In this document: positions 1-7,001 of the stretch, one piece after another
Layout of the letters: the number at the start of each line of letters is the position of its first letter
Position numbering within the stretch: the first letter of the stretch is position 1
NCBI GenBank assembly: GCA_016204335.1
Contig: JACQKU010000008.1
Location: forward strand, 10,913-74,912
Source: Candidatus Liptonbacteria bacterium
GTDB lineage: Bacteria > Patescibacteriota > Minisyncoccia > UBA6257 > 2-01-FULL-56-20
Direction of reading: 5' to 3'
DNA length: 64,000 bases
Notes under the pieces: generated by a model
Told to the model about the DNA's origin: nothing
The model's input: the letters and a program-made list of their open reading frames with translations, nothing else
The model's database searches: none
Position numbers and translations under genes: made by a program

Positions 1-1240
1 TCGTGAGCTTGATGACGAGCTTGATGTCTTCCGAATAGCAGTGTCCGCTCGTGTGAATGTCGAGAAGTTGCGAATTGTGTATCTGGTCCACTTGCCGCGC
101 GATGTTGTCTTGCAGGCCCTGCACGCTTCGTTCGTTGCCGGGAATTACCGACGAAGAAAAGATGACAGTGTCTGTTTTTTTGAGCGCGACCAAGCGGTGT
201 TCGCCGTTTACAATTCGCATAAGGCCGGCATTCGGTTCTCCCTGCGCGCCGGTGGTGAGAAGAAGCACTTTTTCGTCCTTGTGCCTGTTGAGTTCTTCAA
301 GCGGAATAACCTGCCCTTTCTCCGTTTTAAGGTAGCCGAGCGAACGAGCCAATTCAACGTTGTCTTTCATCGAGCGGCCGTTCAGCGCGACTTTTCTGTC
401 GAGTTTCGCGGCGATTTTTATTATTTCGCCGATACGCGTAAGCATCGAGGAAAACGTGGCGACTATGATGCGTCCTTTGGCTTCGCGGAAAAGCCGTTCA
501 AGATTTTCTTCGACGACTCGTTCGGAAACGGAAAATCCTTCCCGGCGCGCGTTCGTGCTGTCCATAAAAACAGAGTGGATGTTGAGCGCGCCGAGCCGCT
601 CAAAAATTTCAAGATTCGTCGGCTTTCCTTCCTTCGTCATATCGAGCCGGAAGTCGCCGAAGTGGACCATTTTTCCCGCCGGCGTGTCCAAAATGAAACC
701 GAGCGCGTCGGGAATCGTGTGGCCGATGTCAAAAAACTCCGCTTTGAAATGTTCGGAAAGCGATACTTTGTCGCCGTTTTTCGCCACTTCGATCCGCGGT
801 TTCGGCAAATTCGGAAATTCCTGGAAGCGTTTTTCGATTATCGCCTTCGTGAGCGCGGCGGTGTAGATTACCGGATTGCCGAGTTTTTCGATGACGTAGG
901 GAAGCGCGTGGATGTGGTCGTAGTGGCCGTGAGTGAAAATGATGCCTTGAATGTGCTGTTTGCGCGGTTCCAGATAGGCGACATTCGGGATGATGTAATC
1001 CACGCCGGGCGTGTCTTCTTCCGGAAACTGGATGCCGACGTCCACAATCACGATTTCGTTTTTGTATTCGAAAAAGGCGCAGTTTCTGCCGATTTCTTCC
1101 AGTCCGCCGAGCGGGACGAAACGCAAAACATCCTCGCGTGGAGTTTGAGAAGTTGTTTCCGCCGCGGAATGTTTTTTCGGCTGGTGCTGGATTCCAGCCG
1201 GCCGTCTTGTGTTTCTTTGTTGCTGTTGCTGTCTTACCAT
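1..1240 (-). CDS. rnj: Ribonuclease J (metallo-beta-lactamase/beta-CASP), 5' part of gene; C-terminus lies beyond window start
   Basis: Reverse-strand translation from ATG (complement of 1238-1240) gives MVRQQQQRNT...GIIFTHGHYDHIHALP with the HxHxDH MBL motif and RNase J-like continuation. Absent from the ORF track only because it runs off the window edge. The 439-aa plus-strand ORF at 41-1360 is its antisense shadow. Confidence 0.85.
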   Translation of the reverse strand, partial: MVRQQQQQRNTRRPAGIQHQPKKHSAAETTSQTPREDVLRFVPLGGLEEIGRNCAFFEYKNEIVIVDVGIQFPEEDTPGVDYIIPNVAYLEPRKQHIQGIIFTHGHYDHIHALPYVIEKLGNPVIYTAALTKAIIEKRFQEFPNLPKPRIEVAKNGDKVSLSEHFKAEFFDIGHTIPDALGFILDTPAGKMVHFGDFRLDMTKEGKPTNLEIFERLGALNIHSVFMDSTNARREGFSVSERVVEENLERLFREAKGRIIVATFSSMLTRIGEIIKIAAKLDRKVALNGRSMKDNVELARSLGYLKTEKGQVIPLEELNRHKDEKVLLLTTGAQGEPNAGLMRIVNGEHRLVALKKTDTVIFSSSVIPGNERSVQGLQDNIARQVDQIHNSQLLDIHTSGHCYSEDIKLVIKLT

Positions 1241-1297
1241 TTCGGTTTATTAATGTTTATTTTTTTGAGAATTAGTTTTTGTATGTGCGACTTTTAT

Positions 1298-1534
1298 TTA
1301 ATTTCTTCTCTTCAAAAGAGTAAGTATTGCGATAAACCCCCAGACAAATTGTATTGCTAAAGACGGCCATGCATGTTGATAAAAAGCATTGATACCAACT
1401 CCAATAGCTCCGAATAGATTCATTGACTGGTAAATCTTGTTACTTCCATCAACTTTCTTATTTGAAATAAGTAAGTATGCAAGAACAACTAAAAATGCTC
1501 CTACCCAACCAATGATTTGCGCGAATATTTCCAT
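1298..1534 (-). CDS. Small hypothetical membrane protein (78 aa, 2 predicted TM helices)
   Basis: ORF with two hydrophobic stretches; no recognisable family. Confidence 0.35.
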   Translation of the reverse strand: MEIFAQIIGWVGAFLVVLAYLLISNKKVDGSNKIYQSMNLFGAIGVGINAFYQHAWPSLAIQFVWGFIAILTLLKRRN

Positions 1535-1622
1535 TTGGTTTTTAAGAGAATATTTGTGGGCAGGGAGGGACTCCCCGCCTTCGCTAAAGCTTCGGCGGGC
1601 AGGGAACCTCCCTATGCGCTTG

Positions 1623-1740
1623 CCCCCACACCAATGCCGTTTGTGCCGCGGGAGGGATTCGAACCCTCATGACCTTGCGGCCGCTAGCTCCTGAAGCTAG
1701 TGCGTCTGCCGATTCCGCCACCGCGGCATTGGTGTGGGGG
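1623..1740. repeat. Perfect 16-bp inverted repeat (CCCCCACACCAATGCC / GGCATTGGTGTGGGGG) bracketing the tRNA-Leu and extending its acceptor stem
   Basis: 1623-1638 and 1725-1740 are exact reverse complements. Additional G-rich hairpins lie at 1560-1620 and 1757-1800. Confidence 0.7.
1644..1727 (-). tRNA. tRNA-Leu (anticodon CAG), type II tRNA with long variable arm
   Basis: Reverse complement folds as acceptor GCCGCGG/CCGCGGC, D arm, anticodon stem CUAGC/GCUAG with loop UUCAGGA (anticodon CAG), variable stem GGCC/GGUC, T arm GAGGG-UUCGAAU-CCCUC, discriminator A. CCA is not encoded. Confidence 0.9.
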
Positions 1741-2148
1741 GTGAATTTGCCATTTCCTGCCTGCCCTGCCTATCGGCAGGCAGGCGGCAGGCAGGCACCA
1801 CCTGCCCTAGCGCATTAACTTTTTAAGTTAATCGATACTCTTCGTTTCCGCGGGGTCAACACGATTCAGTTTTGCCCAAAATATGTCGTCCAGTCCGCGA
1901 GCATAATTGTCCGCCGGGTTTTTTCAAATTTGCCGTTGTCGTTCAGTTTCAAGTTTAAAACAAATATTTCTTTTTCTCCAAAAAGTTTCCGGGTCAGCGA
2001 GTGTTCATGGATTTGACGTTCGTTAATTCAGATACCTTCAACCTGAATCCGGCGCCATGTGGAGTTGTTGCCAATGTGTAGAGTATCTTACCAGTGGTTT
2101 AGCTGGGCGTCAAGCCCCGCCGAGAAAGTCAATATATTTGGGGAACAC

Positions 2149-3798
2149 TTACTTCAGCACCCTTGCGGTTTTGAGATACCATTCGGAGACATTTTGGAAA
2201 CGGTCGGCCGGTTCGTCAATCAAGCCGGAACTCACGCCATATAAGTCCTTTCTCGTGAAATAAAAATAGTACGGCGAATAAAGGAAAATCGCCGGATGGT
2301 CGTTCGGGATTAGCGCCTGAAGCTCGGAGAGTTCTTTCCCGCGGAGAGATGCGTCGGGATTTTGGCGGATATCCGTCATCAGCCGGTCTGCTTTCGCGTT
2401 ATTGTAAAGCGACAGATTAAGTCCGGGGTAAAATCGTTGCGAAGAGTGCCAAAACGCGAATAAGTCGGAATCGGGGTTCAGCACGTTGCCGAAAAGAATC
2501 GCCTGGTAGTTTCTGTTTTTGATTATGTCGTTTGCCGTTTGTTCAAGCGGGACGAGGTCGATGTCGGCTTTAACTCCGATTTTCCGCCATTCTGCTTGAA
2601 GCTCTTTAGCCGTATCGACGAGAAAAGACACTTGCGGGACGGTTAACGTGAATTTTAAATCAACGGCAGTGTTTTTTATTCTTTTTTGGCGTATAGAACT
2701 CGATGAGTTTATGCGCCAGCCGTCGCTGTCCAGAATCCGGTTTGCGGATTCGAGAGACGCAGTACCCGATGCCGGTTGAATGTCGGAAGAAAGAAACGAA
2801 ACCGGCCCTCGACTTATGTTTCCTTTTCCGCCAAGCGCGACCGCAAGAATAGCGTTGCGGTCAACAGCCGCGTCCAGCGCCTCGCGGACTTTTCCGCTCT
2901 GAAGCGCCAAATTCTGATTTTGATTGAAGAACACCGCGTAGTAGCTCGGCATTGTAAAAGGGTATTCTTCATACGAGCGTTTGATGTTCGAGATATCGTC
3001 AGGTCCGATGCCCGCGAAGCCGTCAATTTGGCCCGTATTGAACGATTGTATAAGTTCGCCGGCGTTTGAAAAAAATTCCAGATTGAAATTGGTAATCATC
3101 GGCTTGGCCTTGAAGTAGCGTGGATTCGCTTTCAGACGATACCGCGTTATGAATCCGTCCGGCCTGTTTTCATACGAGGCGAACGCATACGGGCCGCTTC
3201 CGACCGGCTGGAGATTGTAGCGCGAGAGATTCCAGTTCGCCGCCGGCGTTTCGGCAAAAAGGTGTTTCGGCAGGATATGCAGATTTTTGAGATTTTCGGA
3301 AAAAAAAGCGTACGGGTTCGCCATTTTCAGCTGAATTTCAAGTTCGCTCATTCGTTGGGGAGTTATTCCCTGCCAGCTTGAAAAAAGAGGCGATTTTGTT
3401 TCCGGGTCGCGGATTTTTTGAATGGTGAAAATGATGTCGTCGCTTGTCAGTTTTTCGCCGTCAGACCAGAATATGTTTTCTTTGAGCCGGACATCCCACG
3501 TTTTGGCGTTTTGACTCGGAGTGACGTTGTCGGCAAGTTCGCTGAGATTCGCAAAAAGAAGCCGAACCAAAATTTTATCGGCTTCGGTGGAAGCAAGAAT
3601 CGGATTGATATACGCCGGCTGGCCGGCAATCCCTTCGGTATAATCTCCGCCGCTAGTCGGCACAACCGCTGTTTTCTGGGTTATGAAGATGAGGATTAAA
3701 CCGAGGGAGCTTCCGGCAATAAGGAAAAGCGCCGTCCAAAAGACAGGGCGCTCCCCGCGGGAAAACGCAAAAAAAATTTTCTTAAGTATGGTAATCAC
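2149..3798 (-). CDS. ABC transporter substrate-binding protein, family 5 (peptide/oligopeptide/nickel type)
   Basis: Long SBP_bac_5-like sequence. The ORF-track N-terminus (to 3951) overlaps secG; a GTG at 3796-3798 gives an N-terminal signal/TM segment (VITILKKIFFAF...) and avoids the overlap. Confidence 0.7.
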   Translation of the reverse strand: MITILKKIFFAFSRGERPVFWTALFLIAGSSLGLILIFITQKTAVVPTSGGDYTEGIAGQPAYINPILASTEADKILVRLLFANLSELADNVTPSQNAKTWDVRLKENIFWSDGEKLTSDDIIFTIQKIRDPETKSPLFSSWQGITPQRMSELEIQLKMANPYAFFSENLKNLHILPKHLFAETPAANWNLSRYNLQPVGSGPYAFASYENRPDGFITRYRLKANPRYFKAKPMITNFNLEFFSNAGELIQSFNTGQIDGFAGIGPDDISNIKRSYEEYPFTMPSYYAVFFNQNQNLALQSGKVREALDAAVDRNAILAVALGGKGNISRGPVSFLSSDIQPASGTASLESANRILDSDGWRINSSSSIRQKRIKNTAVDLKFTLTVPQVSFLVDTAKELQAEWRKIGVKADIDLVPLEQTANDIIKNRNYQAILFGNVLNPDSDLFAFWHSSQRFYPGLNLSLYNNAKADRLMTDIRQNPDASLRGKELSELQALIPNDHPAIFLYSPYYFYFTRKDLYGVSSGLIDEPADRFQNVSEWYLKTARVLK

Positions 3799-3826
3799 GA
3801 GCGCGCAAAAACCGGGGCGACGGGTT

Positions 3827-4042
3827 TTAGAATATGAGCTGGGCGATTGCCAGACAGACGAATATCGCCGCGGACACGATGGTGCCGATAAAAATGGCTT
3901 TTTCGGCTCCGCGCCTGGTCTGGTAAAACGCTCCGCCTTCGCCGCCGCCAAAGAGTCCGGAAAGACCAGCGGAACGCTCCTGTAGAAGAATCAGGACGAT
4001 TAAAACCACCGAAACGATTACTTGGCTGATTGCGATAATCAT
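3827..4042 (-). CDS. secG: Preprotein translocase subunit SecG
   Basis: 71 aa, two TM segments with a central Gly-rich loop (LLQERSAGLSGLFGGGEGGAF), typical of SecG. Confidence 0.75.
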   Translation of the reverse strand: MIIAISQVIVSVVLIVLILLQERSAGLSGLFGGGEGGAFYQTRRGAEKAIFIGTIVSAAIFVCLAIAQLIF

Positions 4043-4048
4043 TGTTCT

Positions 4049-4402
4049 TTATTTTTTTGTTGCGAGGTGAAATACGAAATTTACCGCGCCGACAATCAGG
4101 GACGAGTAAATTAGGGCGGTGACGGATTCAATGGTAAGATTTTTTGAAAAAATGTCAAGAATATAGAGAATCACGGCGTTTACCAGAATAAGACTGATGC
4201 CGAGAGTAAGGATTATTATCGGTCCGAAGAAAAGTTTGATAACCGGTTTCAGCACGAGATTGAGAACGGTGAGAGCGACGCCAAGCGCCAAAAGTTCCCG
4301 ATACCCGATGTTTAAATCAAACCCGGCGACGAAATATTCGGCAACAACCAAGCCGATTATGTTTCCAATAAGTGCGACCAGGATTTTTGAGGCCGCTTTC
4401 AT
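4049..4402 (-). CDS. Small 4-TM membrane protein, phage-holin-IV (PF04020)-like
   Basis: 117 aa with four hydrophobic helices; resembles the widespread 'phage holin family protein' annotation. Weak. Confidence 0.4.
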   Translation of the reverse strand: MKAASKILVALIGNIIGLVVAEYFVAGFDLNIGYRELLALGVALTVLNLVLKPVIKLFFGPIIILTLGISLILVNAVILYILDIFSKNLTIESVTALIYSSLIVGAVNFVFHLATKK

Positions 4403-4419
4403 TGGCGCATTATAGCATA

Positions 4420-5832
4420 TTAGGAGGGGGATAGAAAATTCTTGTTGCGCCGGACGCGGTGGAAGCGGATGGCGAAGTTATGGGTTTCGGTAATCACGGT
4501 CGGAATGATTTTTTGGAGCTCGGGCGGCGCTTCGCCAAGTTCTTTCGGATTTTTTTCCAGGCCGTAGACGAGCCGTCCGGGTTTTCCCAAAGAAAGAACG
4601 CGGATTTTTTTCGCGGCTTCGAACTGCCCGACAATTTCTTTCGCGGCGTTGAATTGCGCGAGGCCGCCGTCAATAATCATCATGTCGGGATACGGCCACT
4701 CCGGATGGTTCAGCCGCCGCGCCAAAGTTTCTTTTATTGCCGCCGGGTCGTCCGATGGTTTCGCGCTTCTGATTATGAATTTCCGCCAGAATTCTTTTCG
4801 CGGCCGTAGCGCAGTTTCGTTTCCGCTCGCGGCGGAAAATTCCCACGCGGTCATTCCCGCGACTGTTTCTTTGCCGGAAAGATGGGATATGTCGTAGCCC
4901 TCTATCCGAATCGCGGACTCACGCTGACTTGACCCTTCGACACGGCTCCCGTTCGAGGGCCTGAGCGGCCCCTCAGGGCTAGTCGAAGGCAGGGCAGGCG
5001 CGGAATCACGCGGACTATTTTCTGCGTATGTCTGCGTATGGTCTGCGTCACTCAGCGTTTCCAGAAAGTCGCGGTGCGCGAGGATTTTTTCAAGCGCCTC
5101 TTGCTCTCCGGGTTTGAGATTTTTTGCGAATTTTTTTATGGGTTTTCCGATAAGGAAGTTCTTTACGATAATTATATTTTTTCGATATGCGGTTATCTGT
5201 TTTTGAGTCGATGAACTTCCTTTTCGACAACAAAATCCGCCGCAATTTCCGATTTGCGCGTTGAGGCACAGCCGGAGATGCGGTTTTGGACAGGTGCAAT
5301 AAGGGAAATTCCTCCGGAGCATCCGGAGAACCAGTTTCAAAGCGCGGCCTTCGGTGAAGGGGCCGATGGAATTGGCAAGCGGTAGATGGTAGGTGGTAGG
5401 TAGTAGGTTTTTGTGAGTGACAAAAATACGTGGGAATTTTTCTTCGCTAATCGCCGCATAGAAATAGCTTTTGTCGTCGCGCCAGAGGACGTTATACGGC
5501 GGATGAAGCGTTTTAATCAGTTTTGCTTCTTCAATGAGCGCCTCGATTTCTGAGCGGAGAGGAATAAGTTTTAGATGAGTGGCGTTTTCTCGGAGACGTT
5601 CGCTTTTGCCGTCTGCGCCCTTTAGGTAGGATTGCAGGCGGTTTTTCAGGTTGGACGCCTTGCCGATATAGAGAGGTTTTTTGCCAGGCAGTAGAAATGC
5701 GACTTTCTTTGAATTTTTCGCTCGCCGTTGGCGAGCAGTCGCATTTTCACTGCCTGGTCCATAAAAAATATAAACGCCGGGCGTTTTCGGCGCGGTTTTT
5801 ATTTTTTCGCTGATTTTCTTCCAAGAGTTCAC
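4420..5832 (-). CDS. uvrC: UvrC-like excinuclease (GIY-YIG N-terminal domain plus UvrC endonuclease domain), short C-terminus, carrying two in-frame insertions
   Basis: GVYIFYG...LYIGKASNLKNRLQSY (GIY-YIG), HPPYNVLWRDDKSYFY, and RIEGYDISHLSGKETVAGM (UvrC C-domain motif). Extra segments at 5684-5767 and about 4912-5052 interrupt conserved spacing. Confidence 0.7.
   Translation of the reverse strand: MNSWKKISEKIKTAPKTPGVYIFYGPGSENATARQRRAKNSKKVAFLLPGKKPLYIGKASNLKNRLQSYLKGADGKSERLRENATHLKLIPLRSEIEALIEEAKLIKTLHPPYNVLWRDDKSYFYAAISEEKFPRIFVTHKNLLPTTYHLPLANSIGPFTEGRALKLVLRMLRRNFPYCTCPKPHLRLCLNAQIGNCGGFCCRKGSSSTQKQITAYRKNIIIVKNFLIGKPIKKFAKNLKPGEQEALEKILAHRDFLETLSDADHTQTYAENSPRDSAPALPSTSPEGPLRPSNGSRVEGSSQRESAIRIEGYDISHLSGKETVAGMTAWEFSAASGNETALRPRKEFWRKFIIRSAKPSDDPAAIKETLARRLNHPEWPYPDMMIIDGGLAQFNAAKEIVGQFEAAKKIRVLSLGKPGRLVYGLEKNPKELGEAPPELQKIIPTVITETHNFAIRFHRVRRNKNFLSPS
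4912..5052. repeat. GC-rich in-frame insertion within uvrC containing three tandem TCTGCGTATG-like 10-mers and short inverted repeats
   Basis: The region encodes SDADHTQTYAENSPRDSAPALPSTSPEGPLRPSNGSRVEGSSQRESA between conserved UvrC blocks. Composition is clearly higher in GC than the flanks. Repeats tctgcgtatg / tctgcgtatgg / tctgcgtcact. Confidence 0.5.
5684..5767. repeat. Palindromic element family B copy 1 (TIR CCAGGCAGTAGAAATGCGAC...GTCGCATTTTCACTGCCTGG), 84 nt, in-frame inside uvrC GIY-YIG domain
   Basis: Near-perfect 20-nt terminal inverted repeats. Related copies at 26456-26560 and 44778-44904. Confidence 0.6.
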
Positions 5833-5885
5833 ACAGATGTTATAGGTCTTTCACAAATTTTTGTAAAACAGCATTTTTTAGCGAT

Positions 5886-5941
5886 CAAAAGTTCTTCTCT
5901 ACAATCCTTACGATCGTAAAATTTGTAGAGAAGAACTTTTG
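5886..5941. promoter_or_regulatory. 19-bp perfect inverted repeat (CAAAAGTTCTTCTCTACAA...TTGTAGAGAAGAACTTTTG) with loop containing palindrome TTACGATCGTAA, in the uvrC upstream region
   Basis: Read directly from sequence. A CTTACGATCGTAAG palindrome recurs at 20066-20079 upstream of the GDPD gene. Confidence 0.55.
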
Positions 5942-5961
5942 TGTATTGTAAAAACAGAAAG

Positions 5962-5997
5962 CCCCGCGTACGAGAAAGCCGGAGCTTCTGTAGCGGG
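5962..5997 (-). terminator. Putative rho-independent terminator (GCCCCGC...GCGGGGC stem followed by T-tract on minus strand) after the 75-aa ORF
   Basis: 7-bp GC stem with a T-rich run on the minus strand at 5940-5960. Confidence 0.4.
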
Positions 5998-6020
5998 GCA
6001 AACTCGCCCGCAGTCTTACT

Positions 6021-6248
6021 TTACGACTTTACGAGCCGTAGCTTGATGGTTGCCAGGCTCTTTCCGGGGAGATCGGCTTTTTCTCGAGCGAGTACTTCGA
6101 TTTTTGCCTGGCACTTCCGTCCATCGGTGCAGATGATGTCGATGATCTCGTCGATACCCTCACGAACAGGAAGGGTCGCGAACACAGTCGTTGCTCTTCC
6201 TTCCTGGATCCAGCCGAAGATCATTTGGGATACTTCCAAGGTCGCCAC
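6021..6248 (-). CDS. Hypothetical small protein (75 aa)
   Basis: ORF followed by a terminator-like hairpin. No family recognised. Sits in a locally GC-richer segment. Confidence 0.3.
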   Translation of the reverse strand: MATLEVSQMIFGWIQEGRATTVFATLPVREGIDEIIDIICTDGRKCQAKIEVLAREKADLPGKSLATIKLRLVKS

Positions 6249-6335
6249 GCGACATCCTCCTTGTGATTGGGGTCAGGCAGGGGCTTTGTACTATGACAAA
6301 TATACTACATCATCTCTGTTTTTTACAAGCAGACC

Positions 6336-6425
6336 TTATATCAACTTCCTTATCAAGCTCTTCCCGTTCATTTCTTTCGGCTGTGGAATTTCCATCAGTT
6401 CCAGAATCGTCGGGGCGATATTCAT
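6336..6425 (-). pseudogene. Duplicated 3'-terminal fragment of gpmI (about 30 codons: ...PMNIAPTILELMEIPQPKEMNGKSLIRKLI*)
   Basis: About 90% identical to the genuine gpmI 3' end at 7002-7091 (...IAPMILELMEIPQPKEMTGKSLLREFI*). Forms a direct repeat bracketing the TA pair. Confidence 0.7.
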
Positions 6426-6679
6426 TGGTAAATATCATGGTCGCCGACCGAATGGAAATGCGCGATATTTTTTTCGGAGAACTCGAAAATAATTCTATAT
6501 TTGAAACCGATTGAAAACGACCAAAAATCTTTCAGGCGGCCATGGAGTTTATGCGTATCAAGCGTCGGTTCAAAAGGATTTTTTCTGAAAATTCCTTCTC
6601 GTTTTTCCGCGAGAGGTTTGACGGCTTTCGGCAGTTTCTTGTATTCTCTCGCGAACTTCGAAGTATAAATTATGTCCAT
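6422..6679 (-). CDS. Type II toxin, RelE/ParE family
   Basis: 85 aa; KFAREYKKLPKAVK...NPF...LHGRLKDFWSFSIGFKYRIIFEF...IAHFHSVGDHDIYQ matches the RelE/ParE fold signature. Confidence 0.8.
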   Translation of the reverse strand: MDIIYTSKFAREYKKLPKAVKPLAEKREGIFRKNPFEPTLDTHKLHGRLKDFWSFSIGFKYRIIFEFSEKNIAHFHSVGDHDIYQ

Positions 6680-6690
6680 AGCGCGGTGAG

Positions 6691-6906
6691 TTATCTTAAA
6701 TCTTTAAGCGATTTCAGGATTTTCCCCTTTCCGCGGACGATTTCTTTCTGGCTTCCCCGCAATTCCTGAAGCGTTTGTTCTTCTTTCCAAAGCCTGAGAA
6801 GGTCTCGGAAAAATTCGCTCTTCGTAGCGTATTGCCCGGTCCCCACCGCTTTTTCAACTTCCCGCTTTAGCTCTGCCGGGAGAGAAATGTTGACTATGTT
6901 TCTCAT
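6691..6906 (-). CDS. Ribbon-helix-helix antitoxin (ParD/CopG-like)
   Basis: 71 aa; NISLPAELKREVEKAVGTGQYATKSEFFRDLLRLW is an RHH signature. Immediately upstream of the toxin. A TGTAA-N9-TTACA palindrome sits in its promoter region (about 6945-6965). Confidence 0.7.
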   Translation of the reverse strand: MRNIVNISLPAELKREVEKAVGTGQYATKSEFFRDLLRLWKEEQTLQELRGSQKEIVRGKGKILKSLKDLR

Positions 6907-7001
6907 TGGTTTTTATTCTGAATACAATATGACCTTTATTCTATTGTAACAAATTATATTACAGAGTCAATGGGCAGAGCAAGAGAGATGGAACTAAGAT
7001 T

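Noticed and set aside
41-1360. 439-aa plus-strand ORF (R/F/V-rich)
   Set aside because: It is the antisense shadow of the RNase J gene. The minus strand translates to a clear metallo-beta-lactamase/beta-CASP protein with the HxHxDH motif.
2149-3951. Full 600-aa extent of the solute-binding protein ORF
   Set aside because: The N-terminal 51 codons overlap secG and lack signal-peptide character. An internal GTG at 3796-3798 gives a proper signal/TM start, so the extension is treated as an ORF-calling artefact.
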